This document shows positions 55,734 through 64,000 of a stretch of 64,000 bases of DNA, one piece after another. The DNA comes from an uncultured bacterium. Lineage in GTDB: Bacteria; Zixibacteria; MSB-5A5; GN15; FEB-12. Positions within the stretch are counted from its first letter, which is position 1. The number at the start of each line of letters is the position of its first letter. The notes beneath the pieces are model-generated. The model had not been told where the DNA came from. It worked only from the letters and a program-made list of their open reading frames with translations, and did not search any database. The position numbers were made by a program, and so were the translations under genes. The stretch covers positions 1 through 64,000 of the forward strand of contig CBDVDR010000015.1 in the NCBI GenBank assembly GCA_965372795.1. The letters are read 5' to 3'.

Positions 55734-56025
55734 CAAAACGAACCCAAATCGTTGTACTATTAAACAACAATAAGAGTTACACCGAAAAACATGAAGATAA
55801 TAAAACACACAACGTGTGCGCCAGAGTAAAACACACGAAGTGTGCAAAACGAACCCATTTTGGTTGTACAATGAAACAACAAAAGGAGTTATGAAGAAAT
55901 TTGATACTTTTTCGCATAAATCTATGTGAGCAAACTACGCCAGAGTAAAACACACGAAGTGAGGAAACGAACCCATTTTCATTGTACAATGAAACGACAA
56001 AAGGAGTTATGAAGAAAAACATGAA
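55734..56025 (+). repeat. Degenerate direct-repeat array (~80-bp unit, 110-119 bp period)
   Basis: 55819-55899 and 55938-56017 nearly identical; partial copy at 55734-55779; shared core AAACGAACCCA...TTGTAC...GAGTTA. Confidence 0.85.
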
Positions 56026-56081
56026 TAATGTTAGGAAAATAATCAGACGATGAATTATAACCATACCAAGTATGTAAATAT

Positions 56082-56141
56082 AAAAAAGAGTAGTTGTTAA
56101 TATTGAGGGGATGCCAAAGTAAGCTAAACAACTACTCTTTT
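56082..56141 (-). terminator. 15-bp perfect inverted repeat, terminator-like on the minus strand
   Basis: AAAAGAGTAGTTGTT (56084-56098) / AACAACTACTCTTTT (56127-56141); T6 run on the minus strand. Confidence 0.6.
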
Positions 56142-56454
56142 ATACAAATGATGAATGTTCAAGGTGTATGATTTTTATGAAGTAAACCTTACCGTCCTTG
56201 ATTAGGGAATACTCGAATTCAATATATGTTAAAACTCAATTAAAACAAGACAAAAATGGTGAAATAGGGAAATTAAGCGATAATGTTCACAAATTGGACA
56301 ATATTGGTGTTTATGGATTGATTGTGGCGGGCGACTGTCAATAATTGTCGGGGTATGCTCGCTGTTATGTATCTAAACCACAAGTGGTTCAGTCTGTCCT
56401 CTTTATTTTAAAGAGTGTTTGTATGGTAGCCTGCCTATGAGGGTGTCAAGAAAT

Positions 56455-56493
56455 GTCAGGAGCACTTACAACCGAGGGTAAGTTGCTCCTGAC
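56455..56493. repeat. REP-like hairpin
   Basis: GTCAGGAGCA-CTTAC-aaccgagg-GTAAG-t-TGCTCCTGAC. Confidence 0.6.
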
Positions 56494-56513
56494 TAACTCA
56501 AGAATTTAATAAA

Positions 56514-56593
56514 GCAACGAAGTTGCTACGTAACAGTGTTGTCAAGAAACTATGTTGCTACGCAACCGTGTTGCCACGCAACGAAGTTGTTAA
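56514..56593. repeat. Five tandem 16-bp palindromic units (GCAAC-N3-GTTGC-N3)
   Basis: gcaacgaagttgctac / gtaacagtgttgtcaa / gaaactatgttgctac / gcaaccgtgttgccac / gcaacgaagttgttaa. Confidence 0.85.
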
Positions 56594-57930
56594 TAATCCA
56601 TCAATGGAAGCAATTCCAAACCATGCAGCAGAACTATGAAAACTGCAATAGGAGTTACATATTTTAAAACCAAAATCAGTCCGTCATATAATCCGCCCTT
56701 GGAACCAAACTGATCGGTCCGAAGTTTATCTTTTACAACCCAGGCTATAAACAGGCAGGTCAGAAGTCCACCAAGTGGAAGCATATAGTTGGTGCTGATG
56801 TAATCGAAGATGTCAAAGAAGTTCTGATTTTTTCCGCGGAAAGGAACCGTAAACTCGGCAAACGAACAAAGCAGACCGACACAATAAATCAGCCCACCCA
56901 TTAAGAGTGTAGCTTTGGGACGGCTCCATTTTTTTTCATCAACAAAATATGCCACGACAACTTCTAAAAGAGAAATCGCCGAGGTCAAAGCCGCAAACGA
57001 GAGCAGAACAAAGAATGGCACCGAAATCCATTTCCCGGTTTCAGCAAAAAGCACCGGCAGAGTTTTAAAAATCAATCCGACTGATTGTCCCGGTTCCATG
57101 CCGTAATGGAATACCAGTGAGAAAATCGCAATCCCCGCCATCAAGGCGATCAAGGTATCTAAAAATGAAATAATAATGGCACTTTTCATAAGGCTCTGAT
57201 CAGAACGCATGTAACTTCCATAAGTAATCATGGCGCCCATCCCAATCGAGAGAGTGAAAAACGCATGTCCCATCGCCGAGAGAATCGCCTCGGCAGTTAG
57301 TTTTGAGAAATCAGGATTGAACAGGAAATCAACAGCCTGTGCTCCGCCATTAGTTGCAAACAGCCCGTATAACATTAATCCTAAAAGGATCGTAAAAAGC
57401 ATCGGCATCAGAATTTTAGACCAGCGTTCGATTCCGCCTTTGACCCCGCCGATTACAATTCCGATAGTCAGGATCATAAAGATAGTATGCCATTTGATAG
57501 TTTCTGCCGGACTAAGGACAAGTTCTAAAAAACCGCCTTGAATCTGTTCGGGGGTTCCGGTGAATCCGGCAATTGATTTGAAAATGTACGCCAGTGACCA
57601 TCCGGCAACAACCGAGTAGTAGGAGAGAATTACAAAACCGGAGGCAACCCCCATCCATCCGGCAATCTGCCAGGATGATTTTTCACGGTGTAGTTTTTTG
57701 AAAGCTCCAACAACATTTTTGTTGGAACCGCGCCCGATAATCAGCTCGGTGATCATCAGCGGTAATCCAATCAAAACCACGCACATTAGATAAACTAAAA
57801 CAAAAGCACCACCGCCATAATCACCGGTGATATATGGGAATTTCCAGATATTACCCAGACCGATTGCAGAACCGGTTGCGGCTAAAATAAATCCTAACTT
57901 GGTACCCCATCTTTCACGATTGTTGGCCAT
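56590..57930 (-). CDS. NSS (SLC6) family sodium-dependent transporter
   Basis: GSAIGLGNIWKFPY, AFFTLSIGMG and AALTSAISLLE motifs; ATG 57930 follows AGGAG. Confidence 0.96.
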   Translation of the reverse strand: MANNRERWGTKLGFILAATGSAIGLGNIWKFPYITGDYGGGAFVLVYLMCVVLIGLPLMITELIIGRGSNKNVVGAFKKLHREKSSWQIAGWMGVASGFVILSYYSVVAGWSLAYIFKSIAGFTGTPEQIQGGFLELVLSPAETIKWHTIFMILTIGIVIGGVKGGIERWSKILMPMLFTILLGLMLYGLFATNGGAQAVDFLFNPDFSKLTAEAILSAMGHAFFTLSIGMGAMITYGSYMRSDQSLMKSAIIISFLDTLIALMAGIAIFSLVFHYGMEPGQSVGLIFKTLPVLFAETGKWISVPFFVLLSFAALTSAISLLEVVVAYFVDEKKWSRPKATLLMGGLIYCVGLLCSFAEFTVPFRGKNQNFFDIFDYISTNYMLPLGGLLTCLFIAWVVKDKLRTDQFGSKGGLYDGLILVLKYVTPIAVFIVLLHGLELLPLMDY

Positions 57931-58202
57931 GCAGTTTGCTCCTGTATCATGTTTACTTATTAATAGACTTAAAGAACTAATCGACTTTGTCGGTGTCAAT
58001 TATTTTTTAAAGAAGTATTTTGGCGGAATAATAAAATTTATTTCTAATTAAATGTTAAATGCAACAATGTCAGCTAATAGAAGTATAATCAATTAATCCG
58101 GCAATACCGGTGAAATTAGCAATGATTTTAATTGACGGATGAGGGGGGTGTCGCTTTATTCCCCCTGAAACTAAGGAATAGTATATTATTGAAAGGGAAG
58201 TT

Positions 58203-58856
58203 ATGCGGAAAGTTTCTTTGATTGTTTTCACAATATTGATTTTAGCAGCTTCAAGTACTTATTCTGTCTCTGCTGTCGGTTCGGTTTTTGGAAATATGAC
58301 CACAGCCAAAACTCAGGGACAGGGCATCGGTTCGTTTGGATTGGTTGCCGGAATTGCCGACTATACCTCGGTTGCCGGAACCTTCAAATACGGACTGTCA
58401 AAATTTACTGATGGAACTTTGAAAATTGCTTTTGTCGACCCGGGAAAAGCTGACGATGATTTACATCTGGCTATTGGTGCGAGTTTCAATCATCAGTTTA
58501 TGGTGATGGATGAGGTTACCAAAAGTACCTTTGAGATGGGATATGGCGGATTTTTTGAGTATCTCGATGTCGGACCATCATCTGTATTTCAAGTAGGCGG
58601 AAGACTGATCGGGTCATACCCGGTTGTAATGACAAATGGTAAGACTTTGACCCCTTATGGATCTTTTAATGCCCGGCTGGAGTCGATTAGTTTTGATAAT
58701 ACTCCGATAGGTGTTGATAATTCTGATTCGAATATTGAATTCGGGTTTAATTTTGGAGTAGAATGGGAATTGTCTAATAATATAAAAATTATGGGTGAAT
58801 TCCAATTAGATGGCAATGACGGACTATTTATCGGAGCGGACTTTGGCGTTTTATAG
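58203..58856 (+). CDS. Hypothetical outer-membrane beta-barrel
   Basis: Signal peptide and Gly/aromatic-rich amphipathic strands. Confidence 0.7.
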   Translation: MRKVSLIVFTILILAASSTYSVSAVGSVFGNMTTAKTQGQGIGSFGLVAGIADYTSVAGTFKYGLSKFTDGTLKIAFVDPGKADDDLHLAIGASFNHQFMVMDEVTKSTFEMGYGGFFEYLDVGPSSVFQVGGRLIGSYPVVMTNGKTLTPYGSFNARLESISFDNTPIGVDNSDSNIEFGFNFGVEWELSNNIKIMGEFQLDGNDGLFIGADFGVL

Positions 58857-58883
58857 TAATTACTTTTGTATGTGGGAAAATTA

Positions 58884-59657
58884 GTGACCCTACTTGATGC
58901 TGCAATTTTAGGAATTCTTCAGGGTTTAACAGAGTTTCTTCCGGTCTCTTCGTCCGGCCATCTGGTTTTAGCTCAGGCTTTATTAAATATAAAACAGCCA
59001 GGAATGACCTTTGAGGTATTAGCCCATGTCGGGTCACTTCTGGCTGTAATAATCTATTTCAGAGAAACAATCTCAATCCTCTTTAAATCGCTCTATAAAA
59101 AAGAATATTTTCATTACCGACCGATTCTGAGGTTTTTGTTTTTTGGTACTATCCCAATTGTAATTCTTGGACTATGGCTTAGAGAATTTCTGGTGGAAGC
59201 CTTTTCAAGTCCGGTTATTGCCGCCTCAATGCTGATAGTTACCGGTATGGTTCTGTTTTCGACCCGTTTTATTCCAAAACAAGATGGAAAACTAACAATG
59301 AAACGGGCTGTTGCCATGGGAATAGGGCAAGCACAGGCATTAATGCCCGGACTTTCAAGGTCGGGAACGACGATTTCTATCGGAATGATGTGGGGGCTTG
59401 AACCATCAGAAGCCGCTGAATTTTCATTCTTGCTAGCTATTCCGGCAATGATTGGAGCTGTTATTCTTAATTATAATGAGCTTTTAAATTTAAATTCTGC
59501 TTTTAGCGGACAATTTATTGTCGGCACCCTTTGTTCCTTTTTGTTCTCTTTGATAGCGGTTTATTCGGTTTTACAAGTCGTTCGAAAAGGGAAATTTGAA
59601 TATTTTGCATATTACTGCTTTGCAGCAGGGTCGGTTGGGTTGTATCTTTTCCTTTAA
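58884..59657 (+). CDS. uppP: Undecaprenyl-diphosphatase
   Basis: QGLTEFLPVSSSGH, PGLSRSG and FSFLLAIP motifs; start approximate (GTG 58884). Confidence 0.96.
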   Translation: MTLLDAAILGILQGLTEFLPVSSSGHLVLAQALLNIKQPGMTFEVLAHVGSLLAVIIYFRETISILFKSLYKKEYFHYRPILRFLFFGTIPIVILGLWLREFLVEAFSSPVIAASMLIVTGMVLFSTRFIPKQDGKLTMKRAVAMGIGQAQALMPGLSRSGTTISIGMMWGLEPSEAAEFSFLLAIPAMIGAVILNYNELLNLNSAFSGQFIVGTLCSFLFSLIAVYSVLQVVRKGKFEYFAYYCFAAGSVGLYLFL

Positions 59658-61228
59658 TGAAGACCTTTTTAATAATTCGATTCAGTTCTTTAGGCGATAT
59701 TATTCTGACATCAGCTTTTGTCACGAATCTAAGAGCAAATTACCCATCAAGTAAAATTGTATTCTTAACCAAAGAAAAATTTATTCCATTGGTGAAAATG
59801 ATTGAAGGGGTCGATGAGATCAGAACGATTCCTGATAAAATCGGCAGTTTTACATATTATAAATTTCTACTTGAGTTGGACAAAGAAAATTTTGAAGCTG
59901 TTTATGATCTTCATGGGAATTTCAGAAGCTGGCTCGCCAGAAAAATGGTCACCGCCTCACAAACATATGTCTATCCCAAAAGAAGGATGGAACGAATAAA
60001 TATTGTTAAGCAGAAAAAAATTCCCGAAACATTCCCTCATACGATTGATCTTTATAATGACTGTATCAAACATCAGGGTGGAAAAGTTTATTGCCAAAGA
60101 CCGGTATTAAAAACAGAGGTCGGTAAAAGATCTATTGATCTTCTAAAAGAAAAGAAGCATCCGTTGGTTGTGCTTGTTCCCGGGGCAGCCCATAAAACAA
60201 AACAATACCCTATTGAAAATTTCGGTCTTATTGCAAAAGCTATTTATGATAAGTATAATTGTACAATCATATGGGCAGCCACCTCAGATGAGGGGAATAG
60301 CTTTCATATTGAAGATTCAATCCCAGCGAAGGCTTTAATTAAACTTGTCGATTATCCCATAAAAGAATTAGCCTATTTAATTTCACAATCAGACCTGACC
60401 ATCAGCAACGATTCCGGCGTGATGCATCTTTCATCATCGGTTGGCACTCCTACCGTGGCAATTTTCGGTCCGACTCATCCGGCATTGGGTTTTTCACCGA
60501 GAGGTCTGCAGGATCAGGTTGTACAGGTTGATGAAAAATGCCGTCCCTGTTCGTTGCACGGCAAAAAAGAATGTTACCGCGAGCAAAGATACTGTTTTAA
60601 CCGGATTAGCCCTGAGATGGTCATTGAAAGAACAGAACCGATTTTAAACAAAAACATCTCAGTCAGCAAAGCTGTTTTCATTGACCGCGATGGTACCATT
60701 ATCAAAGATAAACATTTTCTGTCTGATCCTGATCAGCTTGAATTAATTGATGGCGCTATCGAAGGACTGAAAATCCTGAAGGAATTAGATTACAAAATTG
60801 TCATTGTTTCAAATCAGTCCGGGGTAGCAAGAGGATATTTTGATTTGGATACGGTAGAGAAAGTCAATAACCGATTGATTGAGCTCCTCGAAACTGCAGG
60901 GATTGATATTGACGGTTTATATTATTGCCCTCATTATCCGGGTGGGAAAGTTGATGGATTTAATGAAATCTGTAATTGCCGCAAACCATCACCGGGAATG
61001 CCTGAGGAGGCGGCTGTTCAATTGAACCTTGATCTGCGACAATCAATCGTGATCGGTGATAAAATTGATGATTGGAGTTTGGGCAAAGTGATCGGGGCAG
61101 AATCTTTTCTGGTCCGAACCGGCTATGGGGCAGAGTCTGAAAAAAAACTTTCTGAAAAGTATCGAGGCAATATATATAATAATCTCTTGGATGTGTGCCG
61201 GCAAATCGAACGTCAGAAATTTAAATAA
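59657..61228 (+). CDS. GT9 heptosyltransferase fused to GmhB-type HAD-IIIA phosphatase
   Basis: N-terminal RFSSLGDI..NDSGVMH..FGPT; C-terminal FIDRDGTI, SNQSG, CPH, CNCRKP, IGD. Confidence 0.92.
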   Translation: MKTFLIIRFSSLGDIILTSAFVTNLRANYPSSKIVFLTKEKFIPLVKMIEGVDEIRTIPDKIGSFTYYKFLLELDKENFEAVYDLHGNFRSWLARKMVTASQTYVYPKRRMERINIVKQKKIPETFPHTIDLYNDCIKHQGGKVYCQRPVLKTEVGKRSIDLLKEKKHPLVVLVPGAAHKTKQYPIENFGLIAKAIYDKYNCTIIWAATSDEGNSFHIEDSIPAKALIKLVDYPIKELAYLISQSDLTISNDSGVMHLSSSVGTPTVAIFGPTHPALGFSPRGLQDQVVQVDEKCRPCSLHGKKECYREQRYCFNRISPEMVIERTEPILNKNISVSKAVFIDRDGTIIKDKHFLSDPDQLELIDGAIEGLKILKELDYKIVIVSNQSGVARGYFDLDTVEKVNNRLIELLETAGIDIDGLYYCPHYPGGKVDGFNEICNCRKPSPGMPEEAAVQLNLDLRQSIVIGDKIDDWSLGKVIGAESFLVRTGYGAESEKKLSEKYRGNIYNNLLDVCRQIERQKFK

Positions 61229-61265
61229 TCTTTAAATCAAACGTATCACCTACGGAAGTAATGAT

Positions 61266-62252
61266 ATGATTAAAGAAGCATCATTTTATAGAAAAACAAA
61301 TAATTCAGTTATCTGTGAATTATGTCCGGCCGACTGTGTCCTCTCCGAGGGAAAAACAGGAATATGCGGATGCCGGAAAAATGAGAACGGAATTTTAGTC
61401 ACTGACAATTATGGTGAACTGGTAACTCTTGCAATTGATCCGATTGAAAAAAAACCACTGTATCATTTTCATCCCGGAACCAGGATTCTTTCAACCGGAG
61501 CTAACGGCTGTAATCTGAGTTGCCTTAATTGTCAAAACTGGAAGATCTCTCAGGAGAAAACTAATACTGAATTTATGACCCCGGAGGGTCTCTTGGATAC
61601 CGCTATTTCACGCAACTCGGTTGGCGTAGCTTTTACATACACCGAACCGATGATCTGGTATGAATATATCGTTGATTGCGCCAAACTTCTCAGAGCCTCG
61701 AATTTGAAAGTTGTTCTTGTCTCAAACGGTTATATCAACCAGAAACCGTTAGAGCAGTTGATCGGTTACATTGATGCCATCAATGTTGACTTAAAATCAA
61801 TCAGACCTGAATTTTACACAAAGGTTTGCAAAGGCAACCTTCAAACAGTTCTGAACAGTATTAAAATATTATCAGAATCTGATGTTCATCTTGAAGTAAC
61901 GAATTTAATTGTCCCGGGCAAAAATGACACTGATGAAGAATTTAATGATCTTACTGATTTTATTGCATCACTATCGGATAATATCCCGTTACATCTCTCA
62001 GCCTTCCACCCAGACTATAAAATGGACGCACCGGCGACTTCGGTTGAAATTATGTCGAAGGCATACCAAATTGCCAGAGAAAAATTGAAATATGTTTTTG
62101 TAGGGAATATAAATATTCCTGATAGTAAAAATTCAATCTGCCCGAACTGTGATACGGTTTTGATCGAAAGAGAGTTCTATCAAACCAGGATAGTCAATTT
62201 GGAAAAGGGGAAATGTTTAAATTGTAATTTTGAGACTGGCATTGTACAATAG
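61266..62252 (+). CDS. AmmeMemoRadiSam-system radical SAM enzyme
   Basis: CELCP..C, DPIEKKPLYHFHPG, GCNLSCLNCQNW and TYTEP motifs. Confidence 0.92.
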   Translation: MIKEASFYRKTNNSVICELCPADCVLSEGKTGICGCRKNENGILVTDNYGELVTLAIDPIEKKPLYHFHPGTRILSTGANGCNLSCLNCQNWKISQEKTNTEFMTPEGLLDTAISRNSVGVAFTYTEPMIWYEYIVDCAKLLRASNLKVVLVSNGYINQKPLEQLIGYIDAINVDLKSIRPEFYTKVCKGNLQTVLNSIKILSESDVHLEVTNLIVPGKNDTDEEFNDLTDFIASLSDNIPLHLSAFHPDYKMDAPATSVEIMSKAYQIAREKLKYVFVGNINIPDSKNSICPNCDTVLIEREFYQTRIVNLEKGKCLNCNFETGIVQ

Positions 62253-62397
62253 TTGTGAAAAGAAGTATTATTCCGATAATATCAGTATAATAGCAATAGT
62301 TGTGGATAAAAGGGAACTATAACCGTCTTAAAGTATGTTAAATATTTAGCCGCCGTTTAATGCAAATTTTTTATGTATTGAAGTTGTTGTAATAATT

Positions 62398-64000
62398 ATG
62401 TACAAAAAAATAACTCTAATAGCTGCTTTTATTCTGCTGACAATCCCATTGGCAGCCAACGGGCAATTCTATTTTGGAAAAAATAAAGTACAATATACCA
62501 ATTTTGACTGGAAAGTGATGGAGACTGATCATTTCCGGATTTATTTTTATGAAGAAGAAACCGAAATTGCAAAAATAGCAGCGGAACTTGCAGAGGAATC
62601 ATATCGTTATTTATCTGTAAAATTTAATTTCGAAATCCTAAAGAAAACCCCTCTGATAATTTATTCATCGCCGAGTTATTTTACTCAAACTAATGTTATC
62701 CCCGGTCTGCTGCCGGAATCTGTGGCTGGGTTCACAGAATTTATGAAGGGGCGCGTAGTCGTACCATTTCACGGATCATATTATGATTTTGCTCATGTTA
62801 TTCGCCATGAGATAGTTCATGTTTTTACTATTGCCAAGTTGGATGAAGTTTTTTCATACCACAGCCGGATGAAATTTTTCTATCCGCCCCTTTGGTTTAC
62901 CGAGGGACTGGCGGAGTATTGGTCAAAAGACTGGGACTCAGAAGCAGATATGGTCGTCGGTGACATGGTTGTAAACAATCGCTTGTTTTCAATTCCAAAG
63001 ATGTATCAAATTCGGGGCACTTACTATATGTATAAGCTGGGTGAATCTATCTGTCATTTTATTGATTCAACTTATGGGGCTGATAAAATATCTAAAATTT
63101 TTGAAAACTGGCCTAAAGGGAAAAATTTTGATCAGATTATCTATATAACGCTGGGCGATAGTCTGCATGTACTCTCAAAAAAATGGGAATATGCTCTTAA
63201 AAAAAGATATTATCCCGAACTCGAAAAACTCGGTTTGCCGGATATGGAATCTAAACGTTTGAGCGGTGATGGATACGCGGTCAAAGGAGTTCCAATTCGG
63301 TGGGATGATGGTAATGGTGCGCGCGATTGGGTTGTATTTAAAGCCAACCTGATGGGATATTCCGGTATTTATATTCGTCCGGTTATCGGTACCAAGAAAG
63401 ATATTAAAACTCTGATAAAGGCGGGCAGGTCCTCTAACTATGAAACCCTTTATCTCCTTCGGTCCGGTATTGATGCTACTGATTCGGGTTTAGTGGTCTT
63501 CTCTTCAAAATCAAAAGAGATGGATGTCATATATATTTATGATTTAAATAAGGGTGAAGTTACTCATCGTTATGAATTTGAAGAGCTGGTAGCATCCCGT
63601 TCACCTCGTTTTTCTCCGGATAGCAAAAAGATTTTATTCTCAGGAATCCGCAAAAGCGGGTACGCCGATTTATATTTGTTGGATTTGACTGACGGAACCT
63701 ACGAGACGATTACCAATGATATTTATTATGAAACTGATCCCGGGTTTACTGATAATCCCGATGAAATTATTTTTGCTTCCGACCGCATCAGTGACGGGTA
63801 TCTCGGTGCGACCAATCTTTTTAAATTAAATATCACCACGAGCCAGTTAACCCAGTTGACGTTTGGAAGTTTCAAAGATCAATCTCCTGAATTTACAAAA
63901 TACGGCATTTATTTCTCTTCTAATCGAAATAACAATTTTAATTTGTTCCTCCTTGATAATGATGGAAAATTAAGTCAACAGTCATCATATGTTACCGGAG
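62398..64000 (+). CDS. Secreted peptidase MA-like plus PD40/TolB-propeller protein (3' end outside window)
   Basis: Translated by hand: signal peptide, QFYFGKNKVQY, HEIVH, PLWFTEGLAEY, SPRFSPDSKKILFS; absent from ORF track because no stop falls in the window. Confidence 0.85.
   Translation, partial: MYKKITLIAAFILLTIPLAANGQFYFGKNKVQYTNFDWKVMETDHFRIYFYEEETEIAKIAAELAEESYRYLSVKFNFEILKKTPLIIYSSPSYFTQTNVIPGLLPESVAGFTEFMKGRVVVPFHGSYYDFAHVIRHEIVHVFTIAKLDEVFSYHSRMKFFYPPLWFTEGLAEYWSKDWDSEADMVVGDMVVNNRLFSIPKMYQIRGTYYMYKLGESICHFIDSTYGADKISKIFENWPKGKNFDQIIYITLGDSLHVLSKKWEYALKKRYYPELEKLGLPDMESKRLSGDGYAVKGVPIRWDDGNGARDWVVFKANLMGYSGIYIRPVIGTKKDIKTLIKAGRSSNYETLYLLRSGIDATDSGLVVFSSKSKEMDVIYIYDLNKGEVTHRYEFEELVASRSPRFSPDSKKILFSGIRKSGYADLYLLDLTDGTYETITNDIYYETDPGFTDNPDEIIFASDRISDGYLGATNLFKLNITTSQLTQLTFGSFKDQSPEFTKYGIYFSSNRNNNFNLFLLDNDGKLSQQSSYVTG

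Noticed and set aside
55734..56025. CRISPR array interpretation
   Set aside because: Unit ~80 bp, only two to three degenerate copies, no cas genes in the window.
55656..56064. ORFs 55656-55871, 55682-55894, 55777-56064 and micro-ORFs after AAGGAGTTATG
   Set aside because: Mutually overlapping translations of the repeat; SD-to-ATG spacing of 2 nt is too short.
57931..58202. Riboswitch upstream of the NSS transporter
   Set aside because: AT-rich divergent promoter region with no recognisable aptamer.
62253..62397. Replication origin
   Set aside because: A single DnaA box in a short spacer, with no dnaA/dnaN context.

Overview
Bacterial chromosomal window of moderately low GC, probably from an FCB-associated lineage such as candidate Zixibacteria. 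That placement is inferred from PorV/FadL-like barrels alongside canonical Shine-Dalgarno sites and has not been tested. Bases 1-32.2 kb hold an uninterrupted translation/transcription supercluster on the + strand: tuf-rpmG-tRNA-Trp-secE-nusG-rplKAJL-rpoBC-str-S10-spc-alpha. It includes two near-identical tuf copies and two short ribosomal protein genes (rpmG, rpmJ) missed by the ORF track. Bases 32.3-52.3 kb carry housekeeping and envelope genes: plsY, gpsA, MerR, surE, apt, three tRNAs, GH57, M48 peptidase, PorV-like barrel, a sugar transferase behind a sigma54-type promoter, PEGA and FN3 proteins, and an NtrC-family activator. Bases 52.3-56.6 kb are an accessory-looking zone with a solo SbcD/Mre11-like nuclease, three AT-rich membrane orphans, REP-like palindromes, an ~80-bp degenerate repeat array, a candidate sRNA and a 16-bp palindromic tandem array. 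Bases 56.6-64 kb hold an NSS transporter, an OM barrel, uppP, a GT9-GmhB fusion, an AmmeMemo radical SAM gene and a truncated peptidase-MA/PD40 gene. No CRISPR array, transposase, integrase or rRNA was found. I could not show a complete new system; the best leads are the non-coding elements at 55.7-56.6 kb and a recurrent CCGAYAA promoter-like motif.
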